Below are positions 40,001 through 47,474 of a DNA stretch of 64,000 bases, piece by piece. The number at the start of each line of letters is the position of its first letter. The stretch's first letter is position 1. The stretch is from assembly GCA_963764165.1 (NCBI GenBank), contig CAVXRD010000002.1, positions 576,001 to 640,000 of the forward strand, read 5' to 3'. The DNA comes from an uncultured Verrucomicrobiae bacterium. GTDB lineage: Bacteria; Verrucomicrobiota; Verrucomicrobiia; Limisphaerales; Palsa-1400. Below the pieces are notes generated by a model. It was not told where the DNA came from. It saw nothing but the letters and a program-made list of their open reading frames with translations, and did not search any database. The position numbers and the translations under genes were made by a program.

Positions 40001-40438
40001 CTGCACACGGGCAAGGAGTTTCTTATTATTGACTTCGAGGGCGAGCCGGCGGTCGCCTTGACGGAGCGGCGGCTGAAGCGCTCGCCGCTGCGTGATGTGG
40101 CGGGGCTTATCTCCTCATTCCATTACGCCGCGCACGCCGCGCTGCTGAAGCAAACCGAGCACGGCACGCTGCAAGCCAGCCAAATGGAAGGCATGGCGGC
40201 CTGGTCGCGCTACTGGGCGACCTGGGTGGGCGCGACCTATCTGAAATCGTATCTGGCATGCTCAAAGGGCGCGCCCTACGTCCCCGGCAATGACGAAAGC
40301 CTTAGCATTCTCATGGAAGCCGAATTGGTGCGGAACGTCGTTTACGAACTGGGCTACGAACTGAACAACCGCCCTGATTGGGCCAGGATGCCCATTCAAG
40401 CGATCCTCGATCTTGTCAGCCAGTGGAGCAAGCCATGA
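37037..40438 (+). CDS. treS: Trehalose synthase-maltokinase fusion (TreS-Mak/Pep2)
   Basis: GH13 motifs RLDAVPYL, LLAEANQ, FLRNHDELTLEMV; kinase motifs AEQSNSS, HGDFHLGQ, IDFEGEP; start GTG 37037 or ATG 37058. Confidence 0.95.
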   Translation: MNAREELMTTTEAPKAAPAKVEGWYKTAVIYEVHVRAFYDSDGDGAGDFRGLTMKLDYLHDLGITAIWLLPFYPSPLKDDGYDISDYYEVHPRYGTLADFKVFMREAHKRGIRVITELVMNHTSDQHPWFQRSRRAKPGSHWRDYYVWSDTPEKYKGTRVIFKDTEISNWTLDPMAKAYYWHRFYSHQPDLNFDHPPVREEMLRVLDFWFELGVDGVRLDAVPYLYERDGTSCENLAETHTFLKSLRKHVDDNYKDKMLLAEANQWPDDAVAYFGSGIGDECHMAFHFPLMPRLFMALRMEDRIPIVDILQQTPAIPETAQWALFLRNHDELTLEMVTDEERDYMYRMYAQIHQARLNLGIRRRLAPLVGNDRKRIELLTALLFSLPGTPVMYYGDEIAMGENIYLGDRNGVRTPMQWSSDKNAGFSHANPQSLYLPVNVDPENHYQAINVEVQEQNRHSLLWWMRQLIALRQRWKGFGLGTIEFLHPENRKILAYLRKYEGSTVLVVANLSRMFQPVELDLASYQGSVPVEFFGRNELPPITDKPYFMTLGPHSFCWFALQSKVTAQAESSGGAPVGAQARALLTVQEDWSEVLEFGNRGRLETALQSWLPSRRWFAGKARTVKNVTITEAIRIPMEKEHTFLMFVQVDYIQTEPELYVVPLACALGEKSDPLCRDWPSLVLARLSITSSNQDGVLYDAIGDKAFCRAILDIISTRRGLTGEKGKLTAMHTALLRKLRREGGLDLDPSVSKAEQSNSSVIYGDRLFLKFLRRLDFGVNPELEIGRYLSNQKFAGTAPLNGALEYETGKEEPITVAVLSSFVPGCKTAWDYTLDALGRFYERTQTLVAPKNVAPAVPNVPLVKLAAMELPEDAKEAIGSYLEDVRMLGERTSAMHQALAADTEDPAFRPEPWTLNAQRGLFQSMRNLTRQNFHLLTQRLKTLPPDLQPQAQQVLAAESALVLRLKRLYEAPLDSVRTRYHGDFHLGQILHTGKEFLIIDFEGEPAVALTERRLKRSPLRDVAGLISSFHYAAHAALLKQTEHGTLQASQMEGMAAWSRYWATWVGATYLKSYLACSKGAPYVPGNDESLSILMEAELVRNVVYELGYELNNRPDWARMPIQAILDLVSQWSKP

Positions 40439-41442
40439 CGCCCGGGGACGCGCCCACCGACGCTTCAAAGCCCGCTTCGATTTACGAAGTTCATCTTGAC
40501 TCTTGGATGCGAGTCCCGGAGGACGGCAACCGGCCGCTTGCCTCCGCGGAAATCGCGCCCAAATTGGCTGAATACGCGAAGTTCCTGAAGTTCACGGATA
40601 TTGAATTACTATCGCTTTCAGCCCAGCGCGAAAATGAAGAGAATCACGTTACTGAATACTTAAAACAGTTTGGGTTCGGCGTGACCCGGCGCGGTTACCA
40701 CAGCATCGCGGAGAATTGGAACAAAACATGGGCCAGCCATGCGCTCGATTATTTCAGCACTGCCCTCCCCCAGCGGCGATTCAGGCATCACTTGCTGAAC
40801 GCGGAATCGAACCTGACGCCGGAGGGCGGCATTCTTCCACTTTCGCATGACTTGGTGACCCCCGATCACGGCTCGATCCTGGCGCAGATGCCCGGCGACG
40901 AATGGAAGAAAATGGCAAATCTCCGCTTGCTGTTCGCTTACATGTTCGCGCTGCCGGGGCGAAAATTAATTTTCATGGGAACGGAGTTCGGCCAGTGGAA
41001 CGCCTGGAATCCGCAAATGAGCCTCGACTGGCACTTGGTGAATCCGTTTAACCGCCATGGGCAGATACAATATTGCATTTCCGAGTTAAACGGAATCTAT
41101 CGCTCGGAAGCAGCCTTGCAGAGTCAATCGAATAGCTTCCAATGGATAGAATCATCGAATAGCGATCTAGGGACACTTTCATTCGTAAGAAAAGCGGATG
41201 CGAGCGGAGGAATGGTATTGGCCGTGTTCAACTTTACGCCCGAACCCCGGCATAATTACCAATTGGGCGTCCCGGCAAAAGGTCGTTGGCGGGAGTTGTT
41301 CAATAGTGACGCGAAGCAATACGGTGGCAGCGGCCAGGGCAATCTAGGCGGTGTGGACGCCTCACCCATCGGGCGGCATGGACGCTCGCATTCCATTAAT
41401 ATCACTCTTCCTCCGCTCGGAGCGGTTTTCTTCAAACGATAG
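40435..41442 (+). CDS. Truncated GlgB-like protein (335 aa) lacking the N-terminal domains and catalytic core
   Basis: SIYEVHLDSW, LPLSHD, MPGDEW..ANLRLL, PGRKLIFMG.EFGQW, FNFTP, TLPPLG present; nucleophile and acid/base regions absent. Confidence 0.8.
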   Translation: MTPGDAPTDASKPASIYEVHLDSWMRVPEDGNRPLASAEIAPKLAEYAKFLKFTDIELLSLSAQRENEENHVTEYLKQFGFGVTRRGYHSIAENWNKTWASHALDYFSTALPQRRFRHHLLNAESNLTPEGGILPLSHDLVTPDHGSILAQMPGDEWKKMANLRLLFAYMFALPGRKLIFMGTEFGQWNAWNPQMSLDWHLVNPFNRHGQIQYCISELNGIYRSEAALQSQSNSFQWIESSNSDLGTLSFVRKADASGGMVLAVFNFTPEPRHNYQLGVPAKGRWRELFNSDAKQYGGSGQGNLGGVDASPIGRHGRSHSINITLPPLGAVFFKR

Positions 41443-41456
41443 AATCTCGATTGACA

Positions 41457-42056
41457 ATGCCGCACTTCCCGAGCATTCAGCTTGGTGGAATGAGGCTCAA
41501 GAGTAGGTGGATTGCGATCATAACTATCGGACCACCTTGCGTCGCGGTGATGTGGGCTCTCTGGCCGTCTTCGGCAGCGCGAATAAACATTCCCTTAGCC
41601 GACGGAACGAGTTTTATCCTCACCGATACAGATTCCGGCAAAACTCTGCTCTACGGAGGCGGACGATGGCAAAGGTTTCTCTGCAAGATCACAGGCCGGA
41701 ATCTGCCGCAGTTCGTTCGCAATCAGCCCATGATTTCCCCGGCGGCTTACACAAACGGAATTGCATTTAGTCTCCGAAGAGACGTCAAAGGAACGAATAA
41801 TCTACTCGCGCCGTGGAATGGCACAGGCCAGATTTATTTGGTGGATTTATCCGGAACTGAAATCGACTGCGCCCTGCGCGCTGTTTTATTTTATACCGAA
41901 ATGCGCGGCACAAATTACGTGGTGGCGGCTGAAGTGTTGAATTGCGAGGCGCCTACGCAGACGGAGGCCGAACTGCATTTGAGAATCCGCGAAACGAATC
42001 ACGTGAACGGCACGGTTTCAACCCACGATTTTCGAGTTAAGAATCCCTCCCGGTAA
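41457..42056 (+). CDS. Hypothetical membrane-anchored protein
   Basis: About 200-aa ORF with an N-terminal hydrophobic segment, directly after the glgB-like gene. Confidence 0.55.
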   Translation: MPHFPSIQLGGMRLKSRWIAIITIGPPCVAVMWALWPSSAARINIPLADGTSFILTDTDSGKTLLYGGGRWQRFLCKITGRNLPQFVRNQPMISPAAYTNGIAFSLRRDVKGTNNLLAPWNGTGQIYLVDLSGTEIDCALRAVLFYTEMRGTNYVVAAEVLNCEAPTQTEAELHLRIRETNHVNGTVSTHDFRVKNPSR

Positions 42057-42098
42057 AACGATGCTGTTGCTCGAAAGAGAAACACTGCCGACAGGGAC

Positions 42099-42141
42099 AA
42101 AAAAAGGCGCTCATCCCTAGAAATTAGGGATGAGCTCCGCC
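42099..42141 (-). terminator. Rho-independent terminator of the second PRC-barrel gene
   Basis: GCTCATCCCTA/TAGGGATGAGC stem with a T7 tract on the minus strand. Confidence 0.75.
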
Positions 42142-42157
42142 TCCTTGAACCGATGAA

Positions 42158-42847
42158 TTACCGGTTTCCAGCGGGGAATTTTGTAGAATTCGTCGCCTGA
42201 TAATCGTCCGAGGCCCGGCCCGGGACTTTGATGAGGGCGTTCGTGTTGGCGTTCCGATCGACATTCATGTTCGCGTTAATGTTTCCATTCGCGTTGCCAT
42301 TGAAGCTGCCGTTTCCGTTCACGCCACCGAAAGACGTCTGCGCGCCCCAAGCCGGCGTATTGACCGATGGCCAATTATTGCGATCAAATCCCTGCGCTTG
42401 GGCAATTTTGTCTTTGTCAGCTTTTAGAATTAGCTTGGTGCCGTCCGCGCTGGGCTTCAGAGAAGCGAGAGGCAGTGCGATGTATTTTGGATTGGCGAAC
42501 AGCTTATGCTCAACCGAGAGCACGGCGTAAGACACGCGCCCCGCGTTCAAATCCATCACGACGTCGTCAATCTTTCCCAGCCGATCACCCTGCGGATTTT
42601 CGACGGTGGCCCCGATGAAACCGCTGCATTTATTGAGCCTTTGGGGCTGATCGGCGTTCACGACCGCGTGCGAACTTTCCGCGCGCTGAACCTGATTTTG
42701 CTGGTATTGCGATTGCGACTGATCGGTTTGGCTCGTTCCAGCCACCGGAGCGGTTTGTTGAGCATACACACCGCCAGCCATCGTGCATAATGCAGCGATA
42801 GCAACAGTTTTGGTAAGATTTTTTTCGAATTTATTTGCTTTTATCAT
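42158..42847 (-). CDS. Exported PRC-barrel domain protein (paralog of 11417-12031)
   Basis: Signal peptide; FIGATVENPQGDRLGKIDDVVMD...VSYAVLS; shares WPS..TPAWGA with the paralog. Confidence 0.88.
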   Translation of the reverse strand: MIKANKFEKNLTKTVAIAALCTMAGGVYAQQTAPVAGTSQTDQSQSQYQQNQVQRAESSHAVVNADQPQRLNKCSGFIGATVENPQGDRLGKIDDVVMDLNAGRVSYAVLSVEHKLFANPKYIALPLASLKPSADGTKLILKADKDKIAQAQGFDRNNWPSVNTPAWGAQTSFGGVNGNGSFNGNANGNINANMNVDRNANTNALIKVPGRASDDYQATNSTKFPAGNR

Positions 42848-42983
42848 ACATTCACCTATAACTCACTACGTGTTTAATCTGACTCGCCTACTGCCGCGAC
42901 CCTTAGTGCCGCGTCCGGGTTTTCGTCCGGTAAGTTCCCCCTCGTTTGTAAGTTACTATTGCTTCATGTTGGCCTGCCGTGCA

Positions 42984-43649
42984 ATGGGGCTGCGCCCTGC
43001 TCGCACGGTAAAACGTTTCACCATCAAGCGAATGTCCGTCTGGATGATCTGCCTGGGCCTTTTCACCGTAGGGGTGAGGGCGCAGGCCACGACGGTCGAT
43101 GAACTTCTGGGGCAAAAAGAGATTACGCCGGAGGGATTGGCTCATGTTGTCTCTGATTTCGCTTTTGAATTGCGCCCGCAGCTTCAGGCCCCGGATACGT
43201 TCCTTAAGAACAAGAACGGGGATTGCGCGGATTATGCGAATCTGGCCTCAACCGTTCTGGGCAAACATGGATACACGACCAAATTGATTGTGGTGATGAT
43301 GGACAAGCAAACTCACGTCGTGTGTTATGTGAAGGAAGCGGGTGGTTTTCTGGATTACAATCATCGCGCGGACGCCCATCCTCTGATTCCCTCGGATGGC
43401 TCTATTGAAGACATCGCAGGGAAGGTCGCCTCGGACTTCCGGAGCCAATGGCACATGGCCTCGCTTTTCCGCTATAACGGAAATGCACCCGAGTTTCTCG
43501 ATAATGTTTTTGCCCCGGCGGCGCCCGCGCCCAAAGCACAAACCCGTCGGATTGCCAAGACTCGTCCTCCAGGCGACAAGGGCGGTTCCATGGCAAGCTC
43601 TCCAGCATCGTCTGGAGCGGCTCTTGCCATGCGGTCTTCCATTAATTAA
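42984..43649 (+). CDS. Exported transglutaminase-like cysteine protease-fold protein
   Basis: GDCADYA, HVVC, LDYN suggest a Cys-His-Asp triad; start uncertain (42966, 42984 or 43032). Confidence 0.65.
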   Translation: MGLRPARTVKRFTIKRMSVWMICLGLFTVGVRAQATTVDELLGQKEITPEGLAHVVSDFAFELRPQLQAPDTFLKNKNGDCADYANLASTVLGKHGYTTKLIVVMMDKQTHVVCYVKEAGGFLDYNHRADAHPLIPSDGSIEDIAGKVASDFRSQWHMASLFRYNGNAPEFLDNVFAPAAPAPKAQTRRIAKTRPPGDKGGSMASSPASSGAALAMRSSIN

Positions 43650-43689
43650 TCTTCCGCGCCGGCGCGCATCGGCAAGACTTCTGCCTTTG

Positions 43690-44676
43690 CTATTCAGGAG
43701 ATGCCTGCCCGTGATGGGTGTCGTCCTGCTGCACTGTCAGCACCAGCTTTCCTCGGGCGTGGCCGCGGCGGCTGATCTCCAATGCCTCAGAAGCGCGCTC
43801 GAAGGGCATGACACGCTCTATCATCACTTTGATTTCGCCATTGGCGATGAGATCGCCGATCATGGCCAGTTGTTCGCCTGACGTCTGCATTTGCACAAAG
43901 AAGGCCCGCACACCGCACAACAACGCCATCGCCGGGGAAGGCGTGCTTACGGTGGAAACTAAACGGCCGCCTACCTTCAGAATTCTCCACGACCTCTCCA
44001 AGGTGTGGCCGCCCACCAAGTCCAGAACGATATCCACGCCCTTTACCGTTTCTTCAAAGTGCGTGGCGTTGTAATCAATCGCTTGGTTCACACCAAGCGT
44101 CCGCAATGCCGAAAGATTCCGCGCCGAGGACGTCGCGGCCACCCATGCGCCGGCACGCAAAGCAAATTGTGTGGCGAACATCCCCACCCCTCCCGCGCCG
44201 CCATGAATCAAAACTCGGTGGCCGCTTTGAAGCCCCGCCACGTCGAAGAGCGCCTGCCAGGCCGTCAATGCCGCCGTGGGAGTTGCCGCAGCTTCGATGT
44301 CATCGAGGGCCAATGGCTTGGCGGCGATTCCCATCACCGGGACCGCCATGAAGTCCGAAAAAGCCCCGCCAAACTTCGAGTGCCCGAACACCGCCTGACC
44401 GAGCAGGAAATCCGAAACTTCCGAGCCAACTGCCTCAATTACACCCGAGAAATCGCAGCCGAGCGCGCGCGGCATGGGCAATTGGCCCATCAATCCCTCA
44501 CGAATTTTCCAATCGATGGGATTCACTCCGGCCGCATGAACGCGCACCAGAACTTCCCCGGGAGCCGGCTCCGGCGGCGGCACGCTGTCGAGAAAAACGG
44601 TTTCGGGCCCTCCCGTTGAATGGATTCGGACGGACCTGATGGTGCTGATTTCTGTGTCGTTCAGAACTGATCTCAT
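43690..44676 (-). CDS. NADP-dependent quinone oxidoreductase-like MDR protein
   Basis: AAGVNPIDWKIREG, LTAWQAL, VLIHGGAGGVG, GHARGKLVL. Confidence 0.92.
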   Translation of the reverse strand: MRSVLNDTEISTIRSVRIHSTGGPETVFLDSVPPPEPAPGEVLVRVHAAGVNPIDWKIREGLMGQLPMPRALGCDFSGVIEAVGSEVSDFLLGQAVFGHSKFGGAFSDFMAVPVMGIAAKPLALDDIEAAATPTAALTAWQALFDVAGLQSGHRVLIHGGAGGVGMFATQFALRAGAWVAATSSARNLSALRTLGVNQAIDYNATHFEETVKGVDIVLDLVGGHTLERSWRILKVGGRLVSTVSTPSPAMALLCGVRAFFVQMQTSGEQLAMIGDLIANGEIKVMIERVMPFERASEALEISRRGHARGKLVLTVQQDDTHHGQASPE

Positions 44677-44777
44677 AATGCCTCCTGCTGCACAAAGGTC
44701 GCAGGAGGAGGAATTTTGTAAATCAGGAGCCGATGGCTAACAGCCGTCAGGAAATTCGCCGATAGGGCGAAACCCTA

Positions 44778-45875
44778 TTACAACGTTTTGGGCAGCGCCT
44801 GGGCCGAAATCGCGACGCCCGTCATCGGGTGAACGGAAGGCGTCGCGGGCGTGACTCGAATGGTGTCGGGATGCGCAGCCAATTCTTTCAACGTGATCAA
44901 ATTCGGCGCGGCCTGGCCCAATCCGCCACCGGCGTCGTCAGAGAATTGCCCGTCGCAAATCACGTTGTTGGTGCAAGTCACATCGTTAACCAGGAAACCC
45001 TTTCCGCCGCAATGCGCCACCAAAAGGCTGTCAAACGTATTGCCGACGCACTCGCTGCCCGGACAGGGACGAAGCCCCTCCGGTGTGCCCATGAAGGATT
45101 GCGCCATGAAAACGCCATGGTGATGGCTTTTTTCAATCTTCAAACCGTGAAAGGTGTTGCCGCAGGATTGCCGCATGAAAATTCCCAGATCATTTCCGGT
45201 CAGGACCGAATCGTGAATGACGTTGTGGTTAAAGTTCAAATCGAGCGAAATGCCCGCCGAAAGGTTATCGTGCAAATTGAGGCCGCTGAAATCGCTGTCT
45301 TCCGTGAAATAGCAAGCGAGCCCGTCAAATTGGTTTTCGAAGGCGGTGTAATCCTTCACCGTCAGGTGCCGCGTGCGGCCCGATGTGACCATGCCGCCGG
45401 AGCGGCAGCGGCAGCACACCACTTTCTCCACCGTGGCGCCGTCCACATTCCAAACATCCACGCCATTGTTATAGACGCCCGCGCCGTCGCTCAAGATGCG
45501 CCAGACTTCCTTCGGCTGTTTCGTCCGATTGCCGTCGATCAACAAGTTGGTCAAGCGGATGTCCCGCGTGGTCACTGAGTTGTCCGTCGGCGAGCCGAGC
45601 ACCACCACCGGGCAATCCGCGCCGTCCGCGAGGAAAAGAACCGAGCCATCGCCCGCGCCGCGCAATGTCTGATGATCCTTGCGCAAAATAATCGGGCTGC
45701 TCACCTGATACTCGCCTTCCGTGAGAATGACCGTGCCGCCTGCCGGCAACGAATCAAGAGCAGCCTGAATGCCAGCGCCACCCGCGGCGGGCCGGACCGT
45801 GACCTCCGCAGCCAAAACCGAAAGCGTTTGAGCCGCGCAAACAAGGGAGACAACCAATGACCTTTTCGTGAACAT
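44778..45875 (-). CDS. Secreted right-handed parallel beta-helix protein
   Basis: Signal peptide; IQAALDSLPAGGTVIL.EGEY start typical of pectate-lyase-fold proteins; N/G-spaced repeats. Confidence 0.8.
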   Translation of the reverse strand: MFTKRSLVVSLVCAAQTLSVLAAEVTVRPAAGGAGIQAALDSLPAGGTVILTEGEYQVSSPIILRKDHQTLRGAGDGSVLFLADGADCPVVVLGSPTDNSVTTRDIRLTNLLIDGNRTKQPKEVWRILSDGAGVYNNGVDVWNVDGATVEKVVCCRCRSGGMVTSGRTRHLTVKDYTAFENQFDGLACYFTEDSDFSGLNLHDNLSAGISLDLNFNHNVIHDSVLTGNDLGIFMRQSCGNTFHGLKIEKSHHHGVFMAQSFMGTPEGLRPCPGSECVGNTFDSLLVAHCGGKGFLVNDVTCTNNVICDGQFSDDAGGGLGQAAPNLITLKELAAHPDTIRVTPATPSVHPMTGVAISAQALPKTL

Positions 45876-46107
45876 ACTTTTAATGAATTACTGACTGCTT
45901 TCTCTCTGTTGTCTGGGATACCTCCTTAGTATCGCTCTTATCGACGGTAGTAATATCACCCATATTCACCGGAATTGCGAAAAAAGATTGATTAAAATTG
46001 CGGCATTCCCCTGATGCGCCGATAGGGCGAGACTCCGCCAGCGACATTTCTCGAGTTTGGAGGTTCTCAACGCCATCAGAAGGGCTAAAGCACCGTATGT
46101 GCATATA

Positions 46108-46609
46108 ATCTCGAAAAACCCGCTACACCCGTTACATCGTTGATTATCAACCGGATAAACCGCTACATGGGGTTCCTCAATGTTTTCGGTGGAATGAGAC
46201 AACTCGTTAGCCGTCATTGCGGGACAACCCATTTGGAATCCAGGCTTGGCACTGGCTTGGCCAAAGCTCGGTATAGTGTATGATCTCGAAAAAGGGGCAA
46301 CACCCGCTACACGGTTGACCATCAACGAGATAAGGGGCAACAAAAAGAGCAACAAACCCGCAACAGACCCGCAACATTTCTTCCCGCGCTGTCGGGTTGC
46401 ATGAAACGCGGCGTCTTTCCGTCGCTCACTGAAAATTTTCATCAAGATGCCAGCACCATCATTTGTTCCATTGAAAACAGCGAGGAACCCTACATGGGCG
46501 CTACAGAGGCGCTACACCCGCTACATTTGCTCCGAGAGGGTTCCAATGGAAGGATCAACTTGGTCGCAAAAACCAAGGGTGCAATAGGGTGCAATAGCCT
46601 GCAACGCCC
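46108..46609. repeat. Cluster of short direct repeats (NNNGCWACA 9-mers, GGGTGCAATA 10-mers) including a 60-bp imperfect duplication
   Basis: 46108-46167 versus 46283-46342 match at 45 of 60 positions without gaps; further units at 46343-46376, 46489-46526 and 46577-46606. Confidence 0.75.
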
Positions 46610-46784
46610 CGATCGCAATTTGCCCGCTCCGTTTTGAGGTCTGAATGCTCTCCAGCGGTAACGGGCGCAAGGCATGCGAAAGGCATGGCTCCGCAGGAGG
46701 CCCCAACCAACGAATCGGTGAGAAGAGCCAATGAACTGTTTAAAGAGTCCAATGCGCGGCGGCGAGAGACGCCGGAGGCATCCC

Positions 46785-46831
46785 AGCTTGCAGCCGGTGG
46801 TAGCGCTCCGCTCAACCAACGGCTACAAGCT
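46785..46831. repeat. REP-like palindrome, family D
   Basis: AGCTTGCAGCCGGTGGT...AACCAACGGCTACAAGCT imperfect hairpin. Confidence 0.55.
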
Positions 46832-47086
46832 CGCATCCCTGCCGGGATCCGCCCATTGCACAGGTTTATTGGCCGCCTCGCCCGGCCGTGTTATTCACGC
46901 ACAACGCCCAAAGCATTTTCACGCGCACCCAGACGAGGATGCCTCTGCTCCGGTCAGAACAACTGTTCCCGGGCTGTGAAATCCGCAACATATCAAAGAA
47001 CGCGCCCAGGCGGCGGCAGGAAGAAACATAAGGCCGCCAGGCCCTTCCGTCAATTAAGACTGCAATTACACGATGTAGTGGTATTG

Positions 47087-47184
47087 GGATACGGCTTTGT
47101 CGCAGGCCAGCCGCAGCGCGCGAAACCGAAAAGACGCGACTGGTGACAAGGTGCTGAGGCTGGTCTTCGACACAGTCGCGCTCC
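47087..47184. repeat. REP doublet, family E
   Basis: GGATACGGCTTTGTCGCAGGCCAGCCGCAGC and inverted copy reading GGAGCGCGACTGTGTCGAAGACCAGCCTCAGC on the minus strand. Confidence 0.6.
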
Positions 47185-47474
47185 GCCTAACGATCTCCGA
47201 ACCTCACCCACTTCTAATCACAGCCTTTGATTATACCCCTTCACAAAACCCACTTGACCTGGACTTGGAATATTTCTATTGTCCAATCCTGTGCCAGCCA
47301 AGCTTACGCGATCCCTACAAGCATCCATTCCGTGTTTTTTTGGCTTTGGCGGCTTTTGTTGAAAGCAACTCCATGAACTTACGCTTCGCAATCCCGCTCT
47401 CAGAATGCACCCTCTGCGCCACTGGCCGGCGCAAGCGCCCCCTTTCTTAAACCCCATTTCATCCTCCGCCCACA

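Noticed and set aside
46108..46609. Possible CRISPR array
   Set aside because: Units are 9-10 bp or a degenerate 60-bp pair, with no constant repeat plus unique spacers and no cas genes
45880..47470. Short ORFs of 60-170 aa in the gene-free region
   Set aside because: They overlap repeats, conflict with each other and show no family motifs
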